The notes under the pieces are model-generated. The model saw only the letters and a program-made list of their open reading frames with translations. It ran no database searches and had not been told where the DNA came from. Shown piece by piece: positions 39,768 to 49,011 of a DNA stretch of 64,000 nt. Position numbers and translations under genes: made by a program. Each line of letters begins with the position of its first letter. The stretch's first letter is position 1. The stretch is from a virus (taxonomy: Duplodnaviria > Caudoviricetes): the IMG/VR virus record IMGVR_UViG_642791616_000001, positions 1-64,000 of that record; one strand, written 5' to 3'.

Positions 39768-39953
39768 CTATTTGCGTTTGAGCCTACAAATAGCGTATTT
39801 GCCTTCAATTTTTACGACTTCAAGATGTGGTTCATACTTAGCCATATACGTGCTTATGTACATAGCCAATACCTTTTTCCGCATGTCTGGAGCTACTGAT
39901 CTAGCCAAAGTAATAAAACAATAGGGATAAGCTGTTTTAACAAGCTCGCTCAT
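39768..39953 (-). CDS. Hypothetical phage protein
   Basis: Operonic ORF. Confidence 0.6.
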   Translation of the reverse strand: MSELVKTAYPYCFITLARSVAPDMRKKVLAMYISTYMAKYEPHLEVVKIEGKYAICRLKRK

Positions 39954-40654
39954 TTTGGAACATAGACAACCTTTCCAGTTTGTTTTGCTATTTCTTGTTT
40001 GAATAGTTGCTCATCACTGTTTGTGTCAGATAGGTGTAACAACCATATTTCCTGCACTTTTGACAAGTCATTTGCCTCTAGGAATGTCTTTACATTCTCT
40101 AAGCTGAAATGCGACTGTATGAGGCGGTTACGCATGCTTTTATGGATGCTCCCATTCTCAATATTTGTATCCAAGATCGATTCAGAGTAATTGCACTCAA
40201 CCATGATGTGCGTGAGTCCAGGGAACTTGTATTTGATGTAATAGGTGTCAGTGGCAAAGAGGAGCTTGTCTCCGTCCTCATTAGCCAATAGGAAGCCATA
40301 TGGCTCTGATACGTCGTGTTGAACATCAAAGGGCATAATTAGCCACGTGCCGATCCTAAACGCCTGTCGGGCTTTTACAAGATTGATTCTGTGGTTCTTT
40401 TCCACTCCAAGAGCTTTTGCCGTTCCATGAGACATATAACAATCGATTCCTGCACGCAAGACATCTTTTAAAGCCTTGCAATGATCACCATGTTCATGGG
40501 TGATGAGACACCCCTCAAATCGCATATTAAAATCAAAAGCACGTTGCATCTCTTTAAAGGTGATACCGCACTCCAAAAGGAGCGGGGTTTTACCATCAGT
40601 CACCCGATAGCAATTCCCCTTACTGCTTGACGATATAGCTTTGATCTCAATCAA
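39950..40654 (-). CDS. MBL-fold metallo-hydrolase (phage exonuclease partner of RecT)
   Basis: SSSKGN, ITHEHGDH, ATDT, ECNY, HLS motifs. Confidence 0.88.
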   Translation of the reverse strand: MIEIKAISSSSKGNCYRVTDGKTPLLLECGITFKEMQRAFDFNMRFEGCLITHEHGDHCKALKDVLRAGIDCYMSHGTAKALGVEKNHRINLVKARQAFRIGTWLIMPFDVQHDVSEPYGFLLANEDGDKLLFATDTYYIKYKFPGLTHIMVECNYSESILDTNIENGSIHKSMRNRLIQSHFSLENVKTFLEANDLSKVQEIWLLHLSDTNSDEQLFKQEIAKQTGKVVYVPK

Positions 40655-41571
40655 AATGGTGGCTCCTCATTCAATGCAGACGGCTTTTCAAAATGTTCAT
40701 TTGATGGTTGTGGCTCAGGTTCTTCACGTTGCTTTATTTCAGGTGTTTCTTGGTGCTGTTCTGAATCTTCTTCAGGTTCATTGAAACCAACATCAATAAT
40801 TTCTGAATTAGCATTCTCACTAATTTCTTTTTTCACTTCATCCGGTGTAACATCAACCCTCTCATTGTCATACTCATTCTCGGTTGAATTATTGATTGCT
40901 TGGACAAGTAGATCGCTGTCATCACTTGTGTTTATATATCTTTTGGCAGCACGATTAATAACTGTTCTTTGGGCCATTTCCTGTGGAAACTTTTTCTGAA
41001 CCGCACCACTTGTTTTCGATTGACTCCAAGCAGTTTCGATTTCTTTCTTTGTCATCGGGGTTAGTAACTCAATGTCATCAATGGTTTTTACAACTGCATA
41101 TGCTCCAATGATGTCTTTATCTCGGTTTTCAAGCTTCGTTTCATGTTTAATGAGTTTTTCTTGCCCTCCATCAATCTCATATTCAAAGACATCCCCTTCA
41201 TAAATCACGTTTGACCATATATCCTTGACATTGGTCAAACGTTTCAGCACTGCTTGTGTGCCGAAATACGAGCGATTCATCTGCAATTTATTCCCGTACA
41301 CAATGAAATAACATTGAGTTTTTGCAGGGCTTAAACCTTGAACGACCATATCTAGCAAGGAATTGGCAATAGATTCTCTGGTGCAGACTTCTAAAGCGGG
41401 CCTCCCTGATTTATCCTTCACTTCTTGAAGTTTAAAAAAGGCGCTTTTCAAAGCATTGCTAGCATTATAGTTTGATGGAAGAACTAGGCCATCATCTTGT
41501 AATCTGCCTAGACTATTGTTCACATCATCAGTTATATCTTTTTGAACGTTTGCCAGTTGATTCTTACTCAT
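40651..41571 (-). CDS. recT: RecT-family recombinase
   Basis: SIANSLLDMVVQGLSP, QCYFIVYG, FPQEMAQRTV. Confidence 0.9.
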   Translation of the reverse strand: MSKNQLANVQKDITDDVNNSLGRLQDDGLVLPSNYNASNALKSAFFKLQEVKDKSGRPALEVCTRESIANSLLDMVVQGLSPAKTQCYFIVYGNKLQMNRSYFGTQAVLKRLTNVKDIWSNVIYEGDVFEYEIDGGQEKLIKHETKLENRDKDIIGAYAVVKTIDDIELLTPMTKKEIETAWSQSKTSGAVQKKFPQEMAQRTVINRAAKRYINTSDDSDLLVQAINNSTENEYDNERVDVTPDEVKKEISENANSEIIDVGFNEPEEDSEQHQETPEIKQREEPEPQPSNEHFEKPSALNEEPPF

Positions 41572-41809
41572 CCGTATCCTCCTCATAAATAAATCTGACC
41601 TTTTTGCCTTTATGCTCTCTTAGAAAGGTCTCTAGCATTTCAGCAAAATCCGTTGGACCTTTTAGATCTCTTTCCAAAATTGCATCTTCAGGACATTCAG
41701 AGAGCGGACGAACGTCCATGACCTGTTTACCATCAATCAGAAGTTTTTCACGTCTGCAATCTTCCCAACCTATACCTGAAAGAACTTTCACTTCTACCAC
41801 TTCACTCAT
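41564..41809 (-). CDS. Hypothetical phage protein
   Basis: CPEDAILERDL; operonic. Confidence 0.65.
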   Translation of the reverse strand: MSEVVEVKVLSGIGWEDCRREKLLIDGKQVMDVRPLSECPEDAILERDLKGPTDFAEMLETFLREHKGKKVRFIYEEDTDE

Positions 41810-43788
41810 GCGATCACCTCACAATCTACAGTCAGCAAGTTGTCTTCAGTCTCAACTCGCAGCTGCTTGTCCTTGTCGGATACTATCAAGCTAATAACTT
41901 GAGCATTCACATCGATAAGACACGTGACCGCCTCGCTGTTATCAACGAAGATCGGCGCAGAAATACCATAATGCTCATTTAACGTATTAATGATGTCTAA
42001 ACCGACATTAATACGTGCCGCATTGTTTAACCCTTTAGAGTAAGGCACGCCTTCATACAGCGTTTCACAGGTTTCTGTTAAGCCGCCGTTGACTTGCTCT
42101 TCAAAGAGCTTGAAGCGGGCAAATTTGAATTTGCTGTTTATCCGTTCTTCCATAAGGTTCATTTTGGTGCGTATAAACTCCTCAATGAGAAAAGTTTGTT
42201 GTTCTACCTCGTTATAATCCTCAGCCATTTTACGTTCTTCTTCCTTTAGCTCCTCAATTCGGTTGAGGGCTTTTTGAGCTTGATCGATGCGAGAAAGATC
42301 ATTACGGATCAAGGTCATTTCCTGCTGTTTTTCCTTGATCTGTTCATTAATCGATTGAACAGCTCCACTAGTCTCTTGTTCATCAGACTGGATCTCTTTA
42401 TTGATCTCCTCAATCTCCTCGATCTTGGCTAGGTAAAATGGATTATTGGAGAGCGGAGCAATGGACGCTTCAGCTTGCTCCATATCTTCTTTCAGTTTTT
42501 CAACGGCTGCTGTCGTAAATTTCTCTTTCATGATCAAAAGCTGAATCTTCTCATCAACCTCATATAACTCGTTCTGCTTATTGTCATATTCAATTCCTAA
42601 TTGCTTTCCCTTATCCACTATTCGCTCAAGGGAGGCGCTTTTTTGCAAATTGAATTTCTCAATAGCAGCTTGAATATTTTCTTCCGGCAGTGCTTGTCCG
42701 CATGTTGGACAATCTGTTTGATGATCCTCAAACGATTCTTCGTACTTTTTAGACCATTCCTCCCGCAACCCAACACGCTCTTTGTCTGTTTGAGACAAAA
42801 AGGATGTTAAGTGATCCTTTTTAGTTTTTAAGCTGTCAAGGTTATGCTTGATTTGAGAAAGATCGTTTTTCACTTTGTAGTAGGCTTCTTTTTTCTCATT
42901 CACTACCTGGAATCTTTCTGAGTCGTGGTCATTTTTTATTTGTTGCAGATCGCCTTCGAGCTGAAGCATACGCTTCTTACGATCTGCTCCTGCATCCGCT
43001 TTGATAGAGCGAGCTTCTTTCTCCATATCATCAATTGATGCCTGTATTGCTTTTAAGTCTTCTTTCAATTGCTCTTGGTTAAGAGTAGTTACATCTTCAA
43101 TAGAACGATTGATTTCATCGATTCTGACAGGATATTGCTCCAAGAGCTTATTGATCTTTTTACGTTTTTCAGCAAGGATGCTCTTTTGTTCATCAAGACT
43201 TCTTTCATCTAAAATTGAAGGGAGAGCGGATAAAGAACTGTTCTTTTTAATTACGTCCTCATCAGTCACAGCTCCGCCGATCTCCATGAGTACGCCCAAA
43301 CGATCCTGCCACTTCATTTGTTCGTTGAAATAACTTGGGGACGTAATGAGTTTGAAAATATCTTCAGAGATGATCTCATTGACCTTCTCAGCAAACTCTT
43401 TTTTCTTAACTGGTACACCATTCACATGATAATTGGTGGTATGGCCAGAAAAGACTTGCTTTGCTGATCCCCGTTTCTTGGTCCATTTCTCTGAATAGAC
43501 CTTTTTCAATTCAACGGACTTTCCATCGATTAAGAGTACAGCCGATACCTCATGATCAACGCCGCTTACCGCTTTGTTTTCCTTGGAAAGCGTCTTGATC
43601 TCAAAATCTTTTTTGTTTTGGCTGTCTTTATCAAAGAGCAACCACATGAAAGCATCAAACAACGTTGTTTTGCCTGTGGCGTTATCGCCATAGACCCTCG
43701 CGCTTTCTCCACCTGTTTCAAGGGTGAATGATTTTACACCCTTGAAATTTGATAGATGGAGTTCTGCCAACCTGATATTTTTGGTCAT
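41806..43788 (-). CDS. SbcC/Rad50-like coiled-coil ATPase
   Basis: GDNATGKTT Walker A, CPTC zinc hook, FVDNSE Walker B. Confidence 0.88.
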   Translation of the reverse strand: MTKNIRLAELHLSNFKGVKSFTLETGGESARVYGDNATGKTTLFDAFMWLLFDKDSQNKKDFEIKTLSKENKAVSGVDHEVSAVLLIDGKSVELKKVYSEKWTKKRGSAKQVFSGHTTNYHVNGVPVKKKEFAEKVNEIISEDIFKLITSPSYFNEQMKWQDRLGVLMEIGGAVTDEDVIKKNSSLSALPSILDERSLDEQKSILAEKRKKINKLLEQYPVRIDEINRSIEDVTTLNQEQLKEDLKAIQASIDDMEKEARSIKADAGADRKKRMLQLEGDLQQIKNDHDSERFQVVNEKKEAYYKVKNDLSQIKHNLDSLKTKKDHLTSFLSQTDKERVGLREEWSKKYEESFEDHQTDCPTCGQALPEENIQAAIEKFNLQKSASLERIVDKGKQLGIEYDNKQNELYEVDEKIQLLIMKEKFTTAAVEKLKEDMEQAEASIAPLSNNPFYLAKIEEIEEINKEIQSDEQETSGAVQSINEQIKEKQQEMTLIRNDLSRIDQAQKALNRIEELKEEERKMAEDYNEVEQQTFLIEEFIRTKMNLMEERINSKFKFARFKLFEEQVNGGLTETCETLYEGVPYSKGLNNAARINVGLDIINTLNEHYGISAPIFVDNSEAVTCLIDVNAQVISLIVSDKDKQLRVETEDNLLTVDCEVIA

Positions 43789-43801
43789 GAACAAGCCTCC
43801 A

Positions 43802-43891
43802 TTGATTTACAGTGCCAACCTGCTATAATAGGGGTTGACACTTTATTCTGTAATTTTTGGGAAAGGTTCACTTGTGGGAGTGAACCTTTTT
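43802..43891 (+). ncRNA. Putative ~55-nt antisense sRNA unit
   Basis: TTGATT-N16-TATAAT with TG extension; terminator AAGGTTCACT/AGTGAACCTT + T-run. Confidence 0.5.
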
Positions 43892-44108
43892 AATTTTCAT
43901 TCACAAATTTGAAGTCAAGTTTCTCCTTCAAATAGCGGTTCAAATTGTCTAAGAGGATCATTTCTCCAACATTCTCATCAATGACATACTCATCATTTGA
44001 GAAAATCTCATCCCCGAAGTAGTCAGTTCCAACAACATCAACCACTTCAATTCCTTTTGGATAACCAGTGGCATTTATTTGAGTGATCATTGGATGTTCA
44101 ATGTTCAT
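43890..44108 (-). CDS. YqaI-like protein
   Basis: IEHPMITQI...GYP...DYFGDEI. Confidence 0.65.
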   Translation of the reverse strand: MNIEHPMITQINATGYPKGIEVVDVVGTDYFGDEIFSNDEYVIDENVGEMILLDNLNRYLKEKLDFKFVNEN

Positions 44109-44299
44109 GCTAAAACACCAATCTTTCTTCTGATCGCATCAGCAGTGAGCTTTTTATATTCTTCATATGACTCTTGATTCGGGAAAAAGAAAATAGGTTC
44201 CCCATGAAAAGTAATCACAATTTTCCCTCCAACTTTCGCTAAACGGACTTGATCGCCACGTCTTTCTGAAAAAGGTTGAAGAACAGGTTTTTCTCTCAT
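44105..44299 (-). CDS. Hypothetical phage protein
   Basis: AGGAGG RBS. Confidence 0.6.
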   Translation of the reverse strand: MREKPVLQPFSERRGDQVRLAKVGGKIVITFHGEPIFFFPNQESYEEYKKLTADAIRRKIGVLA

Positions 44300-44323
44300 T
44301 ACTTTTTCCTCCTATGATTTATT

Positions 44324-44414
44324 GATGCTTATTCGCATCGTCCGACTGCGGATGGTGTTCATTTGGAATGGATGAGTGTGTGTGTGCATATATTCCATCC
44401 GCAAGCCGGACGAC
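44324..44414 (-). other. Long RNA stem-loop with C/A-rich loop in early-operon leader
   Basis: TCGTCCGGC-T-TGCGGATGG / CCATCCGCA-GTCGGACGA, 37-nt loop, then GATGC/GCATC hairpin. Confidence 0.6.
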
Positions 44415-44425
44415 AAGAATAATAC

Positions 44426-44516
44426 TTGTCGTGCTCTTTAAAGAGCGATATAATAAATTCGATCATTTCGATATTCATGAACTAAGCAGTGAGTGTAGGA
44501 GCTTGCTGCTTTTTTC
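44426..44516 (+). ncRNA. Putative ~55-nt antisense sRNA unit
   Basis: TTGTCG-N17-TATAAT; terminator AAGCAGTGAGT/GCTTGCTGCTT + T-run. Confidence 0.55.
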
Positions 44517-44658
44517 TTTGTTCAAATTCCATACGTGACTTTAATTGCGTTTCGATTTGAGCCAGTGCAATTTCTCCTTCCTCGCTGAACCGCTCATTAC
44601 ATACCTCAATGACTTCCTTTGCTTTCATTAACTTGCTTGCCACAAATACAAACTTCAT
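44482..44658 (-). CDS. Small early protein (58 aa, absent from ORF track)
   Basis: Manual translation MKFVFVASKLMKAKEV...QAPTLTA*. Confidence 0.55.
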   Translation of the reverse strand: MKFVFVASKLMKAKEVIEVCNERFSEEGEIALAQIETQLKSRMEFEQRKKQQAPTLTA

Positions 44659-44940
44659 CTAAATCAATCCTTTCATTTTGTTTTTTAGTGATTTTGGATA
44701 TGTTACTGATGTAATCTTTGCAGATGCTTTCAAAAGTTGAATCTTGGCTTCTTTCTCATAGCGCTGAATTTGTTTTAATGATTTAGCAATATCTTTGTGA
44801 GCTGCCAATGCTGTATCTGTATCAGCACTCTCTAATGCATTCATCAATCGTTTTTGTAATGTTTCGATGCAGATCATTTCTCTTGTTATCGCATCGTTAT
44901 TAATGCTTTTGAAAATCGAATTTCGTTTCTTCATCTTCAT
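44659..44940 (-). CDS. Helical early protein, weakly YqaH-like
   Basis: Size and position in skin-like early operon. Confidence 0.55.
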   Translation of the reverse strand: MKMKKRNSIFKSINNDAITREMICIETLQKRLMNALESADTDTALAAHKDIAKSLKQIQRYEKEAKIQLLKASAKITSVTYPKSLKNKMKGLI

Positions 44941-45194
44941 CCTCCGAACAGGGCCATAATGGCGGTAATTTGCTGTGTGACTGCCAGTGGATCAATGCCG
45001 CATAATGTAGCAATCATTGCTTCTTTCGCATTAGTTGCTTCCATCCACCTGACGTATGTAGGTACATCAAGTACCTTCATATCATTTTCGATTTTTGATA
45101 TGCAGCTTCGAGAGCGGCTAAGCATTTCCGCAAGTTTCTCTTGGGAAATGCCTGCTTGCACTCGGGCTTTCCGAAGCACCACACCCAACTTCAA
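44937..45194 (-). CDS. XRE-family HTH regulator
   Basis: LRKARVQAGISQEKLAEMLSRSRSCISKIEN. Confidence 0.85.
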   Translation of the reverse strand: MKLGVVLRKARVQAGISQEKLAEMLSRSRSCISKIENDMKVLDVPTYVRWMEATNAKEAMIATLCGIDPLAVTQQITAIMALFGG

Positions 45195-45215
45195 AAGCTC
45201 TCCACCCCCTTTCAG

Positions 45216-45249
45216 TGTTCCTATCTGGAACATGTTCCGAATTGGAACA
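45216..45249. promoter_or_regulatory. Two abutting 17-bp operators TGTTCC-N5-GGAACA
   Basis: TGTTCCtatctGGAACA TGTTCCgaattGGAACA just upstream of the HTH gene. Confidence 0.7.
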
Positions 45250-45290
45250 GGAAATCTCATATATCCGCTGTATTCTAAGGTGGTAAATTC

Positions 45291-45488
45291 TTAATCAATC
45301 ACTGGCTGAAAGTTGGATTCCATTTGTGCTAATTGCCATTCTTCAAGAACTTCTCTTTTAAATAAAATTCTTTTTCTTACTCGGAAGAATGGTATTTGCC
45401 GCTCTTTCACCATTGTGTAAACAGTGTCATGATGGACTCCAAGAAAATCAGCCGTTTCTTGAACGTTCATAGTTGATTTTGTTGGCAT
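45291..45488 (-). CDS. Excisionase-type HTH protein
   Basis: MNVQETADFLGVHHDTVYTMV...IPFFRVRKRILF. Confidence 0.85.
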   Translation of the reverse strand: MPTKSTMNVQETADFLGVHHDTVYTMVKERQIPFFRVRKRILFKREVLEEWQLAQMESNFQPVID

Positions 45489-45542
45489 TTTAAAAACCTC
45501 CTTCAGAATTTGTAAACCATAAGAACCGCAAAAATCAATTTA

Positions 45543-45782
45543 TTAACCGGTATTCTCTTTTTCATTTTGTAACTCTTGTGTACCACTCGACTCAAAAAAA
45601 ATATCCCTTGGATCTTTATTTAAAACACTTGCAATTCTCAGCATAGTGAAACCAGATGGCTCTTGTCCGTGAAGCTCAATTTTCGTAATGTTTGCGCGAG
45701 ACATTTCAGTTCTTCTTGCCAATTCAGATATTGACATTCCAACACCTTTTCTGATCTCACGTAATCTGTTAGTGAAAACCAT
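45543..45782 (-). CDS. Cro-like repressor
   Basis: NRLREIRKGVGMSISELAR HTH, divergent from CI. Confidence 0.85.
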   Translation of the reverse strand: MVFTNRLREIRKGVGMSISELARRTEMSRANITKIELHGQEPSGFTMLRIASVLNKDPRDIFFESSGTQELQNEKENTG

Positions 45783-45805
45783 GTGTTACACCTCCTTGAA
45801 CAAAT

Positions 45806-45893
45806 AGTAACACAAGGTTTACAGTAGTGTCAATCATGATTTACACATTTTTTGTTTTAAAGAATTTAAATATAATGTAAACTACGTATTACA
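45806..45893. promoter_or_regulatory. Immunity switch: three operators TGTAA-N8-TTACA with divergent promoters
   Basis: Sites 45806-45823, 45828-45845, 45876-45893; TTGACA on minus at 45828-45833; TATAAT at 45871-45876. Confidence 0.75.
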
Positions 45894-45903
45894 GGTGATG
45901 CTA

Positions 45904-46323
45904 ATGTCCAAACTTGGAGAATATTTGATAAAAGCAAGAGGAAAACTGTCTCAAAGAGAAGCTGCCAAACGAATTGGCATAAGTCATACCTACCTTGGGA
46001 AAATTGAAAATGGGAAAGACCCAAGAACAGGTAAAGAAATCAAACCAACTCCAGAAACACTAAAATTAATTTCTAAAGCATATCAATGTGATTATGAAGA
46101 ATTAATGATCAAAGCTGGTTACATCGATGAGAGTGAGACAAGTAATTCTGAAAGTCCCAAACTGACTCAGTATCAAAGAAAGATTTATGAGTGGGCAAAA
46201 TCCCATGACGGATTGTTCTTTGATAGTAAACCGGAAGATGTGGAAGAATTAATTGAAGAATTTGAAGTGGTATACGAGTTGTTTAAAAAGAGAAAAGAGA
46301 GAGAAAAAAAACAGAACAAATGA
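45904..46323 (+). CDS. CI/ImmR-like repressor
   Basis: LSQREAAKRIGISHTYLGKIENG HTH; no LexA-type peptidase domain. Confidence 0.88.
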   Translation: MSKLGEYLIKARGKLSQREAAKRIGISHTYLGKIENGKDPRTGKEIKPTPETLKLISKAYQCDYEELMIKAGYIDESETSNSESPKLTQYQRKIYEWAKSHDGLFFDSKPEDVEELIEEFEVVYELFKKRKEREKKQNK

Positions 46324-46341
46324 TTCCTTTAGGGGGCAATT

Positions 46342-46992
46342 ATGAGGAAGAAATCAATGTTTGTAATTTGCCTATCATTGCTCGTTCTCTTAGCTGGATG
46401 TAACTCAACTAAGACGACAGATGAACCTTCTGCAAACTCACAAGAAAAAGTTTCAGAGAAAAAGCAAAAAGAAGCAAATGAAAAACAGACAAATGACAGT
46501 TACAAAGATGATGAAACAGGAGAATTATTTAATTACTTAAAAAGCCAAGAAAAAATTAAATCACAGAAAATGGGCCCGCTCAATATAAATTTTGAACATG
46601 TCAACTTAATGAAGTTGTCAAATATTCCTGATGATCGACTAACTGAATATCAAAGTTTAATTGATTTTGAATTAACAAACCCTTTTCATTTTATTGATAT
46701 TAAATTTTCTGTAGAGAATACAGATAAAGAAACTATCAATTTTTCTGGTATTAGTCATTTAATTTTAAACACTAAAGAACAGATTAAGGTCAGTAATAAT
46801 AACCTTTATACTGACATTGAACAATATGATATGAAACTTTTTGGTAATGCGAAAAGAGAATATCAAATTGCTGTACCTATTGATTCTGATGTTTCTAAAA
46901 TACAAAGCGTTAGAATTGTGATGAGTGCTCCATTTGACGAAAATTTGGATAGCGTTTCCGAACCAAAAGAATTAACAGTTAATTTAAAATAA
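46342..46992 (+). CDS. Lipoprotein in immunity operon (possible superinfection exclusion)
   Basis: Lipobox LLAGC; IKFSVENT beta-sandwich. Confidence 0.75.
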   Translation: MRKKSMFVICLSLLVLLAGCNSTKTTDEPSANSQEKVSEKKQKEANEKQTNDSYKDDETGELFNYLKSQEKIKSQKMGPLNINFEHVNLMKLSNIPDDRLTEYQSLIDFELTNPFHFIDIKFSVENTDKETINFSGISHLILNTKEQIKVSNNNLYTDIEQYDMKLFGNAKREYQIAVPIDSDVSKIQSVRIVMSAPFDENLDSVSEPKELTVNLK

Positions 46993-47027
46993 ATGCTCGA
47001 TAAGAGTATTTATTTTTACCCAAAAAT

Positions 47028-47041
47028 AGAACACCAGTTCC
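47028..47041. promoter_or_regulatory. LexA box upstream of ImmA-like gene
   Basis: AGAAC-ACCA-GTTCC. Confidence 0.6.
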
Positions 47042-47069
47042 CGAAACTAACTTGAAGGAGCTTATTAAA

Positions 47070-47564
47070 TTGAAATATATCTATACTCATTTAGAAGATA
47101 ACGTTAATAGACTATATGCAGAAATGAAAATCTTAAATCCTTCTGAACAATCTATTGATACTATTTCTGAAAAATTAGGGATTGAAGTTTGTTATAAAGA
47201 CATTTCATCAAGAGCCATAATTAATAAGGATACCCAAATTATTATCTTAGATAAGAGATTGAATAAAAGCATTAGATGGGAAAAGTTTTGTCATGAAGTT
47301 GGCCACATTCTTTTTCATAAGGGAAATCAACTGATGATGCCCGATTCATTTAGGTTATATCAAGAATGGAAGTCGAATAATTTTATGTACCATTTTGCAG
47401 TACCAACTTTTATGTTGAGATCAGTAAATATACCTGTAGACCCTGACCAAGCAATTCAATTTTTAACTAAAACTTTTAAAGTCACTCCATCATTTGCGAA
47501 GCATCGATTAAACCTTTACAATCAAAAAGTTTTTTCTCAGACAAGGAGCGTTTTATATGGCTAG
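47070..47564 (+). CDS. immA: ImmA/IrrE-family anti-repressor metalloprotease
   Basis: HEVGH zincin motif, QEWKSNNF. Confidence 0.88.
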   Translation: MKYIYTHLEDNVNRLYAEMKILNPSEQSIDTISEKLGIEVCYKDISSRAIINKDTQIIILDKRLNKSIRWEKFCHEVGHILFHKGNQLMMPDSFRLYQEWKSNNFMYHFAVPTFMLRSVNIPVDPDQAIQFLTKTFKVTPSFAKHRLNLYNQKVFSQTRSVLYG

Positions 47565-48840
47565 CATTGAAAAAAGAGGCAGCAATTCTTTTAGATTAGT
47601 TGTTGAAACTGGATATGATGCTAATGGCAAAAGGTTAAGAAAATATAAAACTATTCGTATAGAAGATCATAAACTGTTAAAAACAAAAAGAAAATTGCAG
47701 GAATACCTTTCGGATCAACTCTATCAGTTCAAGATGGAAGTGAATTCTGGAGAATATATCGAACCAGAAAAACTAACCTTTGAATCCTTCATCTATAAGT
47801 GGAAAGAAAAAAAGCTCTACCAAAAGAGTGGAAAACCTTATTCTTTGACAACATCGGATGTTTATTGGAGTCTCTTAAAAAATCACATTCTCCCCGTTTT
47901 TGGACATATGAGGATAGAACGGATAAAGAGTTTACATATCGTAGACTTTTTAGATGATTTATCAAAGGATGGCGCGAGAAAAGATGGAAAGCCAGGAGGA
48001 TTAGGAGAGAGAACAATATTAGATATTTTTAAATTACTGCAGGTAGTTTTTAAAACCGCAGCTGAAGAATGGAAGATTATCAAGATTGATCCAATGAAGG
48101 GATTGCCCTTGCCAGTCAACGAGAAGAAGGAAATGAACTATTTCGAAGCGGATGAAGCTGCTCAATGTATTAAGATTCTATATGAAGAAGTTGATATTAA
48201 ATGGAGACTTTATTTCTTAGCAGCGATGATAGGTGGATTGAGACGAGGCGAAGGTCTTGCACTTGAATGGCATTTAGACGTGGATTGGGATGCTGGTGGA
48301 TTTAAAATTAATCGTTCACTTTCAAAGACAATTCAAGGAAAACCGCATGTAAAAGACCCTAAGTCTAAAAGTTCAAAACGGTTTGTGCAGATGCCGGATT
48401 GGTATATGAATGAGCTGTCACTTTATTATCATATGTGGAAAAGAGAAAAGGAAAAGCTAGATGATGCCTGGGAGGGCGGAGATCATCAATACATTTTTCA
48501 TAGTGGGTTTGGAAAGCCCTATTATTTCACAACACCTACTACCAAATGGAATCGAATCACGCAAAAATATAAAATAAAAAATATCCGTTTACATGATTTG
48601 CGTCACACTATGGTTGCTTTATTAATGGAAGCTGGCGAAAGCATTAGCGCTATTCAAAGACGTGCCGGACACGCTAGCGCCAGAACAACATCTGATATAT
48701 ACGGCCATGTAACAGATGAAATGAAAAAGAGTGCAGCAAATCACTTTAACAAGTTTGATCCTAAACATCTGAGGAACACAAATTCAGAGAGAGGAAATTT
48801 CCGTCCCCAAGTCGTCCCCAAGGTTAAAAATAATGCTTAA
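47557..48840 (+). CDS. Tyrosine integrase of prophage 1
   Basis: MASIEKRG arm domain; GLRRGE, HDLRHT, GHAS...YGH. Confidence 0.95.
   Translation: MASIEKRGSNSFRLVVETGYDANGKRLRKYKTIRIEDHKLLKTKRKLQEYLSDQLYQFKMEVNSGEYIEPEKLTFESFIYKWKEKKLYQKSGKPYSLTTSDVYWSLLKNHILPVFGHMRIERIKSLHIVDFLDDLSKDGARKDGKPGGLGERTILDIFKLLQVVFKTAAEEWKIIKIDPMKGLPLPVNEKKEMNYFEADEAAQCIKILYEEVDIKWRLYFLAAMIGGLRRGEGLALEWHLDVDWDAGGFKINRSLSKTIQGKPHVKDPKSKSSKRFVQMPDWYMNELSLYYHMWKREKEKLDDAWEGGDHQYIFHSGFGKPYYFTTPTTKWNRITQKYKIKNIRLHDLRHTMVALLMEAGESISAIQRRAGHASARTTSDIYGHVTDEMKKSAANHFNKFDPKHLRNTNSERGNFRPQVVPKVKNNA
48802..48822 (+). repeat. Putative integrase arm-type direct repeat
   Basis: CGTCCCCAAG-T-CGTCCCCAAG. Confidence 0.55.
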
Positions 48841-48889
48841 TACAAATTTGAGAGATTTCTCATTAAAAATAAAAAAATAGCCTTCCCCC

Positions 48890-48918
48890 TTGTATTCTAA
48901 GGGGGAATTAAATATAAT
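48890..48918 (+). promoter_or_regulatory. sigmaA promoter of tRNA-Ala
   Basis: TTGTAT-N17-TATAAT, overlapped by inverted repeat TTCCCCCTT/AAGGGGGAA. Confidence 0.7.
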
Positions 48919-48938
48919 AATATTTGTTGAAACATCCC

Positions 48939-49011
48939 GGGGCATTAGCTCAGCTGGGAGAGCGCTACGCTGGCAGCGTAGAGGTCAGCGGTTCGATCCC
49001 GCTATGCTCCA
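48939..49011 (+). tRNA. tRNA-Ala(GGC), CCA not encoded
   Basis: GGGGCAT/ATGCTCC acceptor stem with G3-U70, anticodon loop CTGGCAG, GGTTCGATCC T-arm. Confidence 0.97.

Larger units (their letters stand above)
1..48900. mobile_element. Prophage 1: skin/PBSX-like temperate myophage; left att lies outside the window, right boundary approximate
   Basis: Ordered integrase-ImmA-CI/Cro-recombination-replication-ArpU-terminase-portal-capsid-sheath-tube-baseplate-lysis modules. Confidence 0.95.

Noticed and set aside
44374-44388. (GT)n microsatellite as a phase-variation site
   Set aside because: Short, non-coding and located in a hairpin loop
45227-45238. GGAACATGTTCC as a LexA box
   Set aside because: Spacer is 2 nt rather than 4; better explained as the junction of two 17-bp operators
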